Notes: generated by a model not told the origin, from the letters alone. A stretch of 64,000 nucleotides of DNA from Escherichia coli (GCF_003018235.1 NZ_CP027439.1), one strand, 5' to 3'. Counted from the first letter of the stretch, positions 10,936 to 21,069 are shown. Made by a program: numbers and translations.

Positions 10936-11997
10936 TCAGGCATTTTTCAGCGTAGACATGTCAATAGAGAAACGATATTTGACGTCACCCTTTTCCAGGC
11001 GGACATAAGCTTCATTAATCTCCTGGATGCCGATGACTTCCACATCGGATGTGATGTTGTGCTGACCGCAGAAATCGAGCATTTCCTGCGTTTCAGCAAT
11101 CCCGCCAATAAGTGACCCGGACAGGCTACGGCCGCCAAAAATAAGGCTGTAGGCTGAGACATCAATTTTGTCAGCAGAAGCGCCAACCAGCGTCAGATTA
11201 CCTTCCGGATGCAGCATATTGAGGTAAACATTCAGATCATGTGGAGCGGATACGGTATCGAGAATAAAATCAAACGTACCGGCGTGAGCCTGCATCTCTT
11301 CCGGGTTTCGTGACACCACTACTTCATGAGCACCAACACGGAGTGCATCTTCTTTCTTGGATGGAGATGTGGTGAAGAGAACCACATGTGCGCCCAGGGC
11401 GCGGGCAAATTTTACGCCCATATGTCCTAGTCCGCCCAGACCAACGATACCCACTTTCTGACCGGCCTTTACACCCCAGCGACGGATAGGGGAATAGGCA
11501 GTGATGCCCGCACATACCAGCGGAGCAACACCTGCCAGATCGAGATTTTCCGGTACCTGAAGAACAAAATGCTCATCCACCACAATGCTTTCGGCATAAC
11601 CACCGTAGGTCACCGGAGCAGTACCGTAATTATCCGGTGAGTTATACGTCAGCACCTTGGTAGGGGAATACTGTTCACGATTCGCTTTACAGTGAGGGCA
11701 GGTTGGATCGGCATCGACCAAGCAGCCCACAGCGACAATATCGCCAGCCTTGTGTTTTGTCACCGCCGTGCCCACCGAGATAACCCGGCCTACAATTTCA
11801 TGACCCGGAACAATCGGGTAAATGGTTGGCATGGCGCTGCCGAACTCATCACGCACATGGTGAATGTCAGAGTGGCAAACCCCGCAGAACAGAATATCAA
11901 TCCGGACATCGTGCTCATTCGGATCACGACGCGGGATCGATAACGGTGCAAGTGGGGATGTTGCGGACGTGGCCGCATAAGCTTTGGTTACGTACAT
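10936..11997 (-). CDS. Zn-dependent alcohol dehydrogenase (cinnamyl-alcohol dehydrogenase group)
   Basis: GVCHSDIH, GHEIVG, CPHCKANREQY and GLGGLGH motifs. It is a paralogue of 3881-4936. Confidence 0.9.
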   Translation of the reverse strand: MYVTKAYAATSATSPLAPLSIPRRDPNEHDVRIDILFCGVCHSDIHHVRDEFGSAMPTIYPIVPGHEIVGRVISVGTAVTKHKAGDIVAVGCLVDADPTCPHCKANREQYSPTKVLTYNSPDNYGTAPVTYGGYAESIVVDEHFVLQVPENLDLAGVAPLVCAGITAYSPIRRWGVKAGQKVGIVGLGGLGHMGVKFARALGAHVVLFTTSPSKKEDALRVGAHEVVVSRNPEEMQAHAGTFDFILDTVSAPHDLNVYLNMLHPEGNLTLVGASADKIDVSAYSLIFGGRSLSGSLIGGIAETQEMLDFCGQHNITSDVEVIGIQEINEAYVRLEKGDVKYRFSIDMSTLKNA

Positions 11998-12145
11998 TCT
12001 TTGCTCCCGTTGATCCCGGCCAGAAGTGCCGGGAAGTGCGACTACTATAGGGAGCTAATTATCAATATAATAGATAGTAAATCATTGAAGCTGTTGCAAG
12101 TATTAATTGATAATAATGTGAGTTATCCTGATAGGGAAAGGCATC

Positions 12146-13105
12146 ATGCTGACAAAAGACATTCGCGCGATAGATATACTGGCGAAAGCTGTGGAACTGG
12201 GCAGCCTGCGCCAGGCCGCTCTCGCAAAAGGGGTGACCTCACAGGCCGCCAGCCAGACACTCGCTCAACTTGAAGACTCACTGGGGGTGCGCCTTCTGCA
12301 CCGCACAACTCGCAGCCTCTCTCTGACAGAGGAGGGCAGGCAACTGCTGGAAGCCACACAACCGGCACTGGCGGTACTGGACCGTGCCCTTACGCGTGCA
12401 CGGCAGGCAAAGGACGAGGTTGCCGGTCCGTTGCGTATTGTTGGTCCCCGATCGGCCTTCACACCGGTTTTATGGCCAGTCATTGACGAATACTGCCGGC
12501 GCTACCCGGACGTTCAGCCAGAAGTGCAGCTTGATGACAACGTGGGGGACTGGGTTCTTGATCGAGTGGACGTGGGGTTTCGGTTTGGTTCTCCGCCTGC
12601 AGAGGGGCTTATCGCACGCCCGCTGTTCCGTGCGCAACTGATTATCTGTGCATCACCGGCATACCTCCGCACGCATGGTGTACCCCGTTCGCTGGAGGAA
12701 CTAGCGTACCACCGCTGCAGCGTCTTTCGCCATCCGGGAACGGATGCAATATTTCCCTGGTACGTAAATATAGGGGGAGAAATCCAGACACGAGAGTTTC
12801 CTCCAACCGTGGCAACAAACAGCACAGACATAGAAGTTGAGGCCACGCTGACCGGACAGGTCATCGCACAGCTCTCATCATTGTCCTCAGCTGCGCTGAT
12901 CCGCGCAGGCCGTCTTGTGCCCTTACTAACAGAGCATGTGGCCAGCCACCTTCATCTGTACGCTTACTACGGGAGCCGCAAAGCGCAGCCGCTGCGGGTC
13001 AGAAAATTTATCGAGCTCGCCGTCGAACGGTTAACGGACAACCGGGAGCTGACTCTGACTACAGATGAACTGCAGACGTATTCTGCTGAAAGGCTGAACC
13101 AGTAA
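12146..13105 (+). CDS. LysR-family transcriptional regulator
   Basis: 319 aa, divergent from the 10936-11997 ADH operon. It shares long identical blocks with 8542-9498 (LIICASPAYLR, VDVGFR, YYGSR.AQPLR.R.FI.LAVERL). Confidence 0.9.
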   Translation: MLTKDIRAIDILAKAVELGSLRQAALAKGVTSQAASQTLAQLEDSLGVRLLHRTTRSLSLTEEGRQLLEATQPALAVLDRALTRARQAKDEVAGPLRIVGPRSAFTPVLWPVIDEYCRRYPDVQPEVQLDDNVGDWVLDRVDVGFRFGSPPAEGLIARPLFRAQLIICASPAYLRTHGVPRSLEELAYHRCSVFRHPGTDAIFPWYVNIGGEIQTREFPPTVATNSTDIEVEATLTGQVIAQLSSLSSAALIRAGRLVPLLTEHVASHLHLYAYYGSRKAQPLRVRKFIELAVERLTDNRELTLTTDELQTYSAERLNQ

Positions 13106-13725
13106 GTGACATGTACGAAAACGCCCTTTGTGAAAACAAGACGGGATTCAGATTCATAACCCAGTCAGATATGTCTGCTCCTGACACTTAGCTGACTTTT
13201 AACGGGAGAACAGCCTGGCGGGCTTATATATACAGTTATCGCAATAATTTGCGTGATTTCCTGTGCTGGGGACAATAATCCGCTCAGCACAATAATCGTT
13301 CTTAATTAGTGCCCCTCATTCATCAATCCCTCTCATCTTCTCCGCAGATCCGAAAACCTCCAGAGTAGGATCTTGTCTCACCCTACCGGCGCTGCACACC
13401 ACGACAACACAAGATGTAGCGGCTCTGTCAACTGCCTTGGCTACCAGATGTTGTGTTTATCTCTTCGTTCTGTGAGGGGCGCTGCACGCCGGAAAACGGA
13501 GCTTTGCTCAGGGCGTAATCGTGCTACACTTCCGGAAAGTCGTGAATACGTGAAAAATCGGATCACCTGAAAACCGCCATCCGTTAATTTAATCCAGTGG
13601 TTATCAGGCTGCTAATTATCAGACAAAGAAAACATCATGGCAGGGAAAGTCCTGTGTGTGATAGTCAGGTGAGTTAGCGGTGGTGAGGTAATGATTGCGG
13701 TTTGTGATTATTTATTGGAAAAGGA

Positions 13726-14070
13726 TTGCGGAAGGAATACGTGGACGAACAAAAACTTTTTGATGAGCTGAATGAGAATGGCCACCGGTTCGTGTGGTAT
13801 CTCTGCGAACCTGGTCTTGTACATCCGGACGGGATCTCCCCTGATACTCAGTTCATCGTTGATCAGAACGGGAAGGAACTGGCCCGCCGGTTAAATATTC
13901 ATGAACAGTCAGAAGATGGCTGGCGAATCGACACCTGGCACGCCAGAGATTTTGGAGGGCTGCCGGAAAGTGCTCTGAAGGTGGATTTGCATCTGCTGTT
14001 AACCCGGATTCTTATCGGAGAAACGGGTTCGATGTTTTCGTGGCCCTTTTTCCTGTCCGAAGAAGAGTGA
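13726..14070 (+). CDS. Hypothetical acidic soluble protein (about 110 aa)
   Basis: Clean ORF. The likely start is GTG 13741 (GAAGGA 4 nt upstream) rather than TTG 13726. No motif was recognised. Confidence 0.5.
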   Translation: MRKEYVDEQKLFDELNENGHRFVWYLCEPGLVHPDGISPDTQFIVDQNGKELARRLNIHEQSEDGWRIDTWHARDFGGLPESALKVDLHLLLTRILIGETGSMFSWPFFLSEEE

Positions 14071-14108
14071 TCATAATGATGGGCAGGATTTCTCTTTAAG
14101 GAAAAAAC

Positions 14109-15839
<1,731 letters not shown>

Positions 15840-16086
15840 CAGATATCAGCATTCACGGCTTGGGATGCGTGCCGTTTTACTGGCCAAACGATTGAGGAAG
15901 CTTAATGGTATGCCTTCCTCAAATCTTGATAATGGCAGTTGCTGGTCTGTACAACATGTATTGTGGACTGAGTGGAGGAAACAACGAAAATCCAGAGCCA
16001 GAATGGCATGCCCGGGTACCTAACTTTTTCAGATGCAGGGATGCGGACAGATCATAAATCTTCATGTAATGTTTCAGGAGTCAGTT

Positions 16087-16521
16087 ATGGAAAATATGAT
16101 GAAAACTATGCGTGAGTATTTCCCCACGCGAACAGTAGTGTTCGAACAGTCTCTGGATATGTTTGGTATCACCCGGGGTAAGGATGGGAAGCTCATATTT
16201 CCCCGTCATTCTGATAACCGTTTCCCGATCGGGCGTATCCGCAAACGTCTGGCAGCTTATGGCTGGCGCGGAGAACGTCTGAATCAGGAAGTAGCGCGTA
16301 TCGTCGCGGGTCCTGGTGTTCTTCCTGAAAGAAATGATTACAGCATATTTTTTCCTTACGGATGGGAACGTAACCAGCTTACCCCTGAGATGCGGAGAAT
16401 GTTTCCCCGGAAGACTGGTCGCCGCGTGCTGCTTATGCTGGATGAGCTCCATTATATTCATGACGCCGGGGAGCGTAAGTCGTTTTCACCAGAAAGTAAT
16501 GAAGCACCCGAGGTATCATGA
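16087..16521 (+). CDS. Hypothetical protein co-transcribed with the recombinase
   Basis: AGGAG lies 6 nt before ATG 16087. The stop overlaps the recombinase start (ATGA). No motif was recognised. Confidence 0.6.
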   Translation: MENMMKTMREYFPTRTVVFEQSLDMFGITRGKDGKLIFPRHSDNRFPIGRIRKRLAAYGWRGERLNQEVARIVAGPGVLPERNDYSIFFPYGWERNQLTPEMRRMFPRKTGRRVLLMLDELHYIHDAGERKSFSPESNEAPEVS

Positions 16522-17300
16522 ATTACCCTTCTCTTCCCGGACAGGCCTACGCCCCGGAAAAAGTGCATCTACCTATGGCCATCGATTACCCGGCAGCGCT
16601 GGCCCTGCGTCAGATGGCAATCGTCCAGGACGAACTGCCGAAATACCTGCTGGCCCCGGAAGTGAGCGCCCTGCTGCATTATGTCCCCGATTTGCACCGC
16701 AAGATGCTGCTGGCCACGTTGTGGAATACCGGTGCGCGCATTAACGAAGCGCTGGCCCTGACCCGGAGTGATTTTTCGCTGGTGCCACCCTACCCGTTTG
16801 TGCAACTGGCCACGCTGAAACAGCGGGCGGAAAAAGCGGCCAGAACAGCAGGAAGAACGCCTGCCGGCAGCCAGGCGCATCGCTTGGTACCGCTGTCAGA
16901 TAAACAGTACGTCAGCCAGCTGGAGATGATGGTGGCCACGCTGAAAATTCCCCTCGAACGCAGGAATAAACGTACTGGCAGAACAGAGAAAGCACGCATC
17001 TGGGAAATTACCGACCGCACGGTCCGTACCTGGCTCAGCGAAGCGGTTGAAGCGGCAGCGGCTGACGGGGTGACGTTCTCCGTGCCGGTGACACCGCATA
17101 CATTCCGTCACAGCTATGCCATGCACATGTTGTACAACGGTATTCCGCTGAAAGTGCTGCAGAGCCTGATGGGACACAAGTCAGTCAGTTCGACAGAGGT
17201 GTACACGAAGGTGTTTGCACTGGACGTAGCTGCGCGACATCGGGTGCAGTTCCTGATGCCCAGTGATGATGCTGTGGCTATGCTCAGGGGAAACACCTAA
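16518..17300 (+). CDS. Tyrosine site-specific recombinase (Rsd/ResD/XerD-like, 260 aa)
   Basis: The catalytic signature is intact: TGARINEAL (Arg), HTFRHSYAMH (HxxR), LMGHKSVSSTEVY (His...Tyr). The size and layout match plasmid multimer-resolution recombinases such as F ResD and Salmonella Rsd (from memory). Confidence 0.9.
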   Translation: MNYPSLPGQAYAPEKVHLPMAIDYPAALALRQMAIVQDELPKYLLAPEVSALLHYVPDLHRKMLLATLWNTGARINEALALTRSDFSLVPPYPFVQLATLKQRAEKAARTAGRTPAGSQAHRLVPLSDKQYVSQLEMMVATLKIPLERRNKRTGRTEKARIWEITDRTVRTWLSEAVEAAAADGVTFSVPVTPHTFRHSYAMHMLYNGIPLKVLQSLMGHKSVSSTEVYTKVFALDVAARHRVQFLMPSDDAVAMLRGNT

Positions 17301-17511
17301 GTGGTAAAACAACTGAAGATTACTCCAGTGTGGTCACTTAGCGATTGAGGCTAAGTTCCAGAGTGGTGGCGTTCAGTTATACCCAAGTGTGACAGGCTGA
17401 CGCGCCCGTCGGGCTTGTCCAACCCTTCGCCTGCTCAGATCCAAGATCTGAACAGACTCACGGTTTGCGCGGTGGGTCAACAAAATTAAATACGATCACC
17501 AGAAATATTTT

Positions 17512-17546
17512 CTGGACACTTTTTCCGATAGTGCCGAATTGTCCAG
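17512..17546. repeat. Inverted repeat CTGGACA-N21-TGTCCAG sharing the arm hexamers of the array motif
   Basis: CTGGACA at 17512-17518 and TGTCCAG at 17540-17546. The right half, GAATTGTCCAGG, resembles the array right arm GAATGTCCAGG with one extra T. Confidence 0.4.
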
Positions 17547-17614
17547 GTTGGAAAGCATTTTTTGTGCGTTGTTGAAGGGCCGCGACGAGTGGAGCAAGGT
17601 GACAAAAATAATGC

Positions 17615-17638
17615 TGGACAGAAAAACCTGAACGTCCA
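17615..17638 (+). repeat. Array site R0 (24-bp core-type motif)
   Basis: TGGACAGAA AAACCT GAACGTCCA. Confidence 0.75.
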
Positions 17639-18162
17639 ATATGGGGAAAGGATTACGTGACGGGGCGGGTTTGCTAGCAGTTCTGCGAACGTACCAGCGC
17701 ATCGAGGACTGGTAATGCCAGCAGGCTATTACGTCCGGGCTGGAAAATCGAGAGTTGCGATGATGACGAGGCAAGGGGATCGCAGACATTAACCTCTGCA
17801 ATAGAATATCTATTGCGTGATTTATTATAAATGTTATCCCTTTATTGTTTTCCAATTATCCCCGCAGTTGAAGAAATCAGCACTGAATAAAATTTTCAAA
17901 ATTTTATTCATGATGCTTACAAATAAATTAATGTAGATGAATCATCGGGATAGACTATTCTACATCAACTGCATTCTTAATTTTACGTCAAAATCAAGCG
18001 TTGCACTAAAATAAATCCTTACTAGAATAGCTATCCAGAAGAATCACCATGTATTCTTCAGTCTGACCCTCGGGCGCAGATTCTTGTTGTATTAAAATAT
18101 TGGGAAAATAAATCAGGAGTGAAAATGCAGTGACAGAGACACGTTACACAACGTCTGAAAGC

Positions 18163-18256
18163 AAAAAAGCCCTGAATAATCAGAGCTTTATTACTGGATT
18201 GGAAATGACGGCCATCAAATCCAATTCAAAACACACCAAAGGCATGTCCTCAAGTG
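18163..18256 (-). ncRNA. Candidate antisense sRNA (antitoxin) of module 1
   Basis: A minus-strand promoter reads TTGACG (18291-18286), 17-nt spacer, TATTAT (18268-18263). A minus-strand terminator has stem AAGCTCTGA/TCAGGGCTT followed by TTTTTT (plus-strand A run 18163-18168). The ends are approximate. Confidence 0.45.
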
Positions 18257-18339
18257 ATGAAGATAATAGAAAACTATTCAATCTACGTCAACCGAATGCC
18301 TGCGGTAACAATCCCAAAGCCGTTATCGGAGGTACGATT

Positions 18340-18441
18340 ATGTTGCCATTGCTCAACACGTTCATGAATGCCCCTCTTCTGAGTCAGGGGGCTACTATCC
18401 TGTTTCTTGGGCTTCTTATCCTTGCGCTCAAGAACCAGTGA
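18340..18441 (+). CDS. Candidate small hydrophobic toxin peptide, 33 aa (or 65 aa from in-frame ATG 18244)
   Basis: GGAGG lies 7 nt before the ATG. The product is MLPLLNTFMNAPLLSQGATILFLGLLILALKNQ, homologous to the 19340 peptide. A terminator hairpin (AGCTGGC-TTCG-GCCAGCT) follows. Confidence 0.5.
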   Translation: MLPLLNTFMNAPLLSQGATILFLGLLILALKNQ

Positions 18442-18475
18442 TCGCACTGAGCTGGCTTCGGCCAGCTTCTTTACT

Positions 18476-18499
18476 TGGATAGAATCACCTGAACGTCCA
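18476..18499 (+). repeat. Array site R1
   Basis: TGGATAGAA TCACCT GAACGTCCA. Confidence 0.75.
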
Positions 18500-18601
18500 G
18501 TCGGGCGCTAATTTATAATAAATGACCGTAGAAGGGCCATTTCTACGGCAAAGTTCTGGAGATGATAAAATAAGGGCCTTAAACAATAAAAGGGCTTGCT
18601 T

Positions 18602-19003
18602 ATGACACTGGACCAACTGCTTGAAATCCACGACTGCGCTGGGCTGAGCACCTATGAACAGGAAACAATTATATCTTTCATTAACCAGCGGCGAGGTGAC
18701 TTTGGTGTAAAAGCGTTTCCGGAAATTATGCCTCCAGTATCTTGCGGCTGGATCTCCAGAAGAACAAAACAACGTTCTCAGGAGCAGGCAGACGAAAATA
18801 GCTGGAATTATTATAAACAGAAGATTCAGGAATGGATAACGCTAATCGAATTGCATGAGGCATCACTTACTAGGGGGGAAAAGCTAAAGCGCTTTGTGGG
18901 AAAGCATAAATGGTGGTTAGGAGGCACTTGCGCAGTTATCGCATCAATTACAAGCACTGTGATAGCTAGCTGGATTCTTTCGTTATGGACTTGGGCTAAC
19001 TGA
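18602..19003 (+). CDS. Hypothetical tail-anchored membrane protein (133 aa), module 2
   Basis: Single ORF filling the R1-R2 interval, with a C-terminal hydrophobic helix (GGTCAVIASITSTVIASWILSLW). The stop abuts R2. Confidence 0.5.
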   Translation: MTLDQLLEIHDCAGLSTYEQETIISFINQRRGDFGVKAFPEIMPPVSCGWISRRTKQRSQEQADENSWNYYKQKIQEWITLIELHEASLTRGEKLKRFVGKHKWWLGGTCAVIASITSTVIASWILSLWTWAN

Positions 19004-19004
19004 C

Positions 19005-19028
19005 GTGACAGAAGCTGCGTTACGTCCA
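19005..19028 (+). repeat. Array site R2 (most divergent centre)
   Basis: GTGACAGAA GCTGCG TTACGTCCA. Confidence 0.55.
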
Positions 19029-19164
19029 AGTTGATAAAAAGTTGTTATCCACAGAGAACAGGGCGGTCATCCGGCGGGTTCAATAATATGATATTATTAC
19101 AGCACCTTAAAAAATAAGGATTGCGGACGGATGATATATTGATAAAGGATACTCATGCGTGTAA

Positions 19165-19262
19165 AACGCAAAATACCCTGAGTAATCAGGGTATTAAACG
19201 CGGAAAAGTAAAGGTTGAGCGCTTTACATTTTCCATTCACACCAGAGGCGTGACTAAATCTA
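19165..19262 (-). ncRNA. Candidate antisense sRNA (antitoxin) of module 3
   Basis: A minus-strand promoter reads TTGACG (19297-19292), 17-nt spacer, TAGAAT (19274-19269). A minus-strand terminator has the perfect stem AATACCCTGA/TCAGGGTATT followed by TTTTGCGTTTT. The ends are approximate. Confidence 0.45.
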
Positions 19263-19339
19263 AAATTGATTCTACGGCAACGTTCAATCTACGTCAAATC
19301 GCCAATGGTTTTCCTGTTATGAAAATTACCGGAGGCTTC

Positions 19340-19450
19340 ATGTTGTTAACCATCATCGACACCTATCTTCATGCTTCATTACTGACACAGATACTGGTAA
19401 TCCCGTTTATCTGTGCGGTGGTGTGGGCGGTAAAGAAAATCCGGGTATAA
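19340..19450 (+). CDS. Candidate small hydrophobic toxin peptide, 36 aa (or 66 aa from in-frame GTG 19250)
   Basis: GGAGG lies 5 nt before the ATG. The product is MLLTIIDTYLHASLLTQILVIPFICAVVWAVKKIRV. A 12-bp-stem terminator follows (AACATGGCTGGC...GCCAGCCATGTT). Confidence 0.5.
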   Translation: MLLTIIDTYLHASLLTQILVIPFICAVVWAVKKIRV

Positions 19451-19503
19451 CTTAAACATGGCTGGCTGAGAGGCCAGCCATGTTCAGTGAGTTTTGTTTC
19501 GAA

Positions 19504-19527
19504 TGGACAGAATAACCTGAATGTCCA
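19504..19527 (+). repeat. Array site R3 (consensus copy)
   Basis: TGGACAGAA TAACCT GAATGTCCA. Confidence 0.8.
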
Positions 19528-19645
19528 AGTTTGCAAGGAATTGTGATCGTACTACAACCAGTGTCAACCTTCCTATAATGCAGATAATCTTCTATAATTT
19601 CTTTTAATTCTGTGGCGATGTCATTAAGGAAAAGAGGTATTATTT

Positions 19646-19903
19646 ATGGGAAATAAACACATCAGCGCCAGTGAAGCTAAAAAGATTAGTTCTTCAGTGA
19701 TACCTGATGCAGACAAAACACTTGATATGATATTTGGAGGAATAAAGCTCCAAGCAAGATTGGGCCAGACATCCTTTATTTATCCTGTCCATGAAAACAT
19801 TCTTGAGCAAGTGGTCAAGGTTCTAAGGGAATCTGGTTATAGGATTAACTCATCGAAGGCTAATGAGAATAACAAATTTATTATTGAAATTAGCTGGCAG
19901 TGA
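19646..19903 (+). CDS. Hypothetical soluble protein (85 aa), module 4
   Basis: AGAGG lies upstream of the ATG. Two perfect TATAAT hexamers lie at 19574 and 19593. A terminator (AAGCCAC...GTGGCTTTTTTT) sits just before R4. Confidence 0.55.
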   Translation: MGNKHISASEAKKISSSVIPDADKTLDMIFGGIKLQARLGQTSFIYPVHENILEQVVKVLRESGYRINSSKANENNKFIIEISWQ

Positions 19904-19961
19904 AATAGAATCCGCTTTGTCTTTATTTTACCCTTGAAGCCACCCATTAGTGTGGCTTTTT

Positions 19962-19985
19962 TTGACAAGATTACCTGAATGTCCA
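19962..19985 (+). repeat. Array site R4
   Basis: TTGACAAGA TTACCT GAATGTCCA. Confidence 0.7.
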
Positions 19986-19998
19986 GGTAACGCGGGGA

Positions 19999-20445
19999 TT
20001 AATGAGAAGAATAGGTAGTTGGTATATTTAGCTTGAGTCCAATCTCCTTTATGAGATTGTAGGTATTTTCCTTACTGTTGCCAGCAAGTATTGAGGTGAT
20101 CTCATTAAGGTTTTGTGCTGCACCAAGAACTTCACCCTTTGATGGTACAAACTTCATACCTAAATAGCTTCTTTTTAGGCTACCAGGCAAGGCTGCATAC
20201 TTTGCCATTAACTGAGAAGCAGCATCTTTCAAATCGTGGATGGTTTCATGATTAGCTCTGAAATTTGTGATCGTCGCTTGCTCACGTAATAAAAGCGCTG
20301 TAATCCTCCCTAATTGTTCTCTGAATGATATATAAGGCTCAATGAATCTTTTTGCGATGAGTTGACCAACAACAAAAACGGTTACGCCGGTCAGAACAGT
20401 TACGGCAGCAGACGAACTCATAATTGTACCTAGTGACTGAATCAT
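19999..20445 (-). CDS. Hypothetical N-terminally membrane-anchored protein (148 aa), module 5; reversed relative to the sites
   Basis: One N-terminal TM helix (AAVTVLTGVTVFVVGQLIA) followed by a helical soluble part. It is the only long ORF between R4 and R5. Confidence 0.55.
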   Translation of the reverse strand: MIQSLGTIMSSSAAVTVLTGVTVFVVGQLIAKRFIEPYISFREQLGRITALLLREQATITNFRANHETIHDLKDAASQLMAKYAALPGSLKRSYLGMKFVPSKGEVLGAAQNLNEITSILAGNSKENTYNLIKEIGLKLNIPTTYSSH

Positions 20446-20482
20446 GGGGGTTATCCTATCTGGAGGGCAACAGCCTGTCTAC

Positions 20483-20506
20483 TGTACAGAAAATGCTGTA
20501 TGTCCA
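20483..20506 (+). repeat. Array site R5
   Basis: TGTACAGAA AATGCT GTATGTCCA. Confidence 0.6.
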
Positions 20507-20562
20507 GTCTGTGCTGGAATTATAATGGCAACCATGATCATCACAGGAAGAACGAGTAACAG

Positions 20563-21042
20563 ATGGCAACTGCGTGGGTGGATGTGGCTGATAATGCCGT
20601 AAAAATAGGTTTGGGGTCGTTGTTGACTATTTTAGGGGGGTGGCTGACTCTTAAGCTAACACAAAAGCACGAATTAAAAAAAGAAGCGGCAGTACAGGGA
20701 TTAAAAGATAAAGAAATAAAAACCAAACGATATGTGGAGTTTCTGACCTTGTCTCAATCTCTCATGCAAAAATATTTATATGAGCAGTGTGAAGCAAATA
20801 ACGATGATTATCTTGCCTATCTTCGCATACATAATGAGATAACGATCACGTCAGGTTTAGCCATAAGGAAAGCAGCATTTAAACTCCAGTTTGATGTTTC
20901 TACTTTCATTTTCTACAACAAAATACACGACACAGAACTCATTAATGCACTGAGGGATAAGGCTAGAAATTCTGTTTCCATGTTTCAGGCCATTGTGAAT
21001 GAGGAAATCTGCAACGGAAAGTTTGGCACAGCAAGCCAGTAG
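20563..21042 (+). CDS. Hypothetical N-terminally membrane-anchored protein (159 aa), module 6
   Basis: N-terminal TM helix (IGLGSLLTILGGWLTL), a Lys-rich linker, then a helical domain. The stop lies 4 nt before R6. Confidence 0.55.
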   Translation: MATAWVDVADNAVKIGLGSLLTILGGWLTLKLTQKHELKKEAAVQGLKDKEIKTKRYVEFLTLSQSLMQKYLYEQCEANNDDYLAYLRIHNEITITSGLAIRKAAFKLQFDVSTFIFYNKIHDTELINALRDKARNSVSMFQAIVNEEICNGKFGTASQ

Positions 21043-21045
21043 CGC

Positions 21046-21069
21046 TGGGCAGAATAACCTGAATGTTTA
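21046..21069 (+). repeat. Array site R6
   Basis: TGGGCAGAA TAACCT GAATGTTTA. Confidence 0.7.

Noticed and set aside
13551-13585. ATCACCTGAA-containing sequence left of the recombinase (AAAATCGGATCACCTGAAAACCGCCATC), and a GGACAGA...TCATGTAA string at about 16045-16070.
   Set aside because: The centre resembles the array motif, but neither arm (TGGACA / TGTCCA) is present or the spacing is wrong. This is probably chance.
13140-13720. Non-coding stretch after the third LysR gene with short direct repeats (GGCGCTGCAC twice) and partial inverted repeats.
   Set aside because: There is no consistent repeat unit, IR pair or ORF. This may be a junction scar, but nothing can be supported.
17496-17855. 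119-aa minus-strand ORF spanning array site R0.
   Set aside because: There is no SD, the composition is low-complexity and basic, and it crosses the repeat and the AT-rich spacer. It is probably not coding.
18035-18063. Possible degenerate extra array site, CCAGAAGAATCACCATGTATTCTTCAGTC, which would split the 861-bp first interval into ~423 and ~438 bp.
   Set aside because: Only AGAATCACC and the trailing CAGTC match R1, and the right arm is not recognisable. It is kept as a note, not a feature.
18130-18441. 103-aa (GTG start) and 109-aa (TTG start, 19121-19450) ORFs from the ORF track in array modules 1 and 3.
   Set aside because: They have non-ATG starts and no SD. Only the last 33-36 (or 65-66) codons are conserved between the two paralogues and preceded by a real SD. 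The upstream part is better explained as 5' UTR targeted by the antisense RNA.
19045-19053. Perfect DnaA box TTATCCACA inside array module 3.
   Set aside because: It is a single 9-mer with no iterons or AT-rich unwinding element nearby. Chance occurrence is likely.
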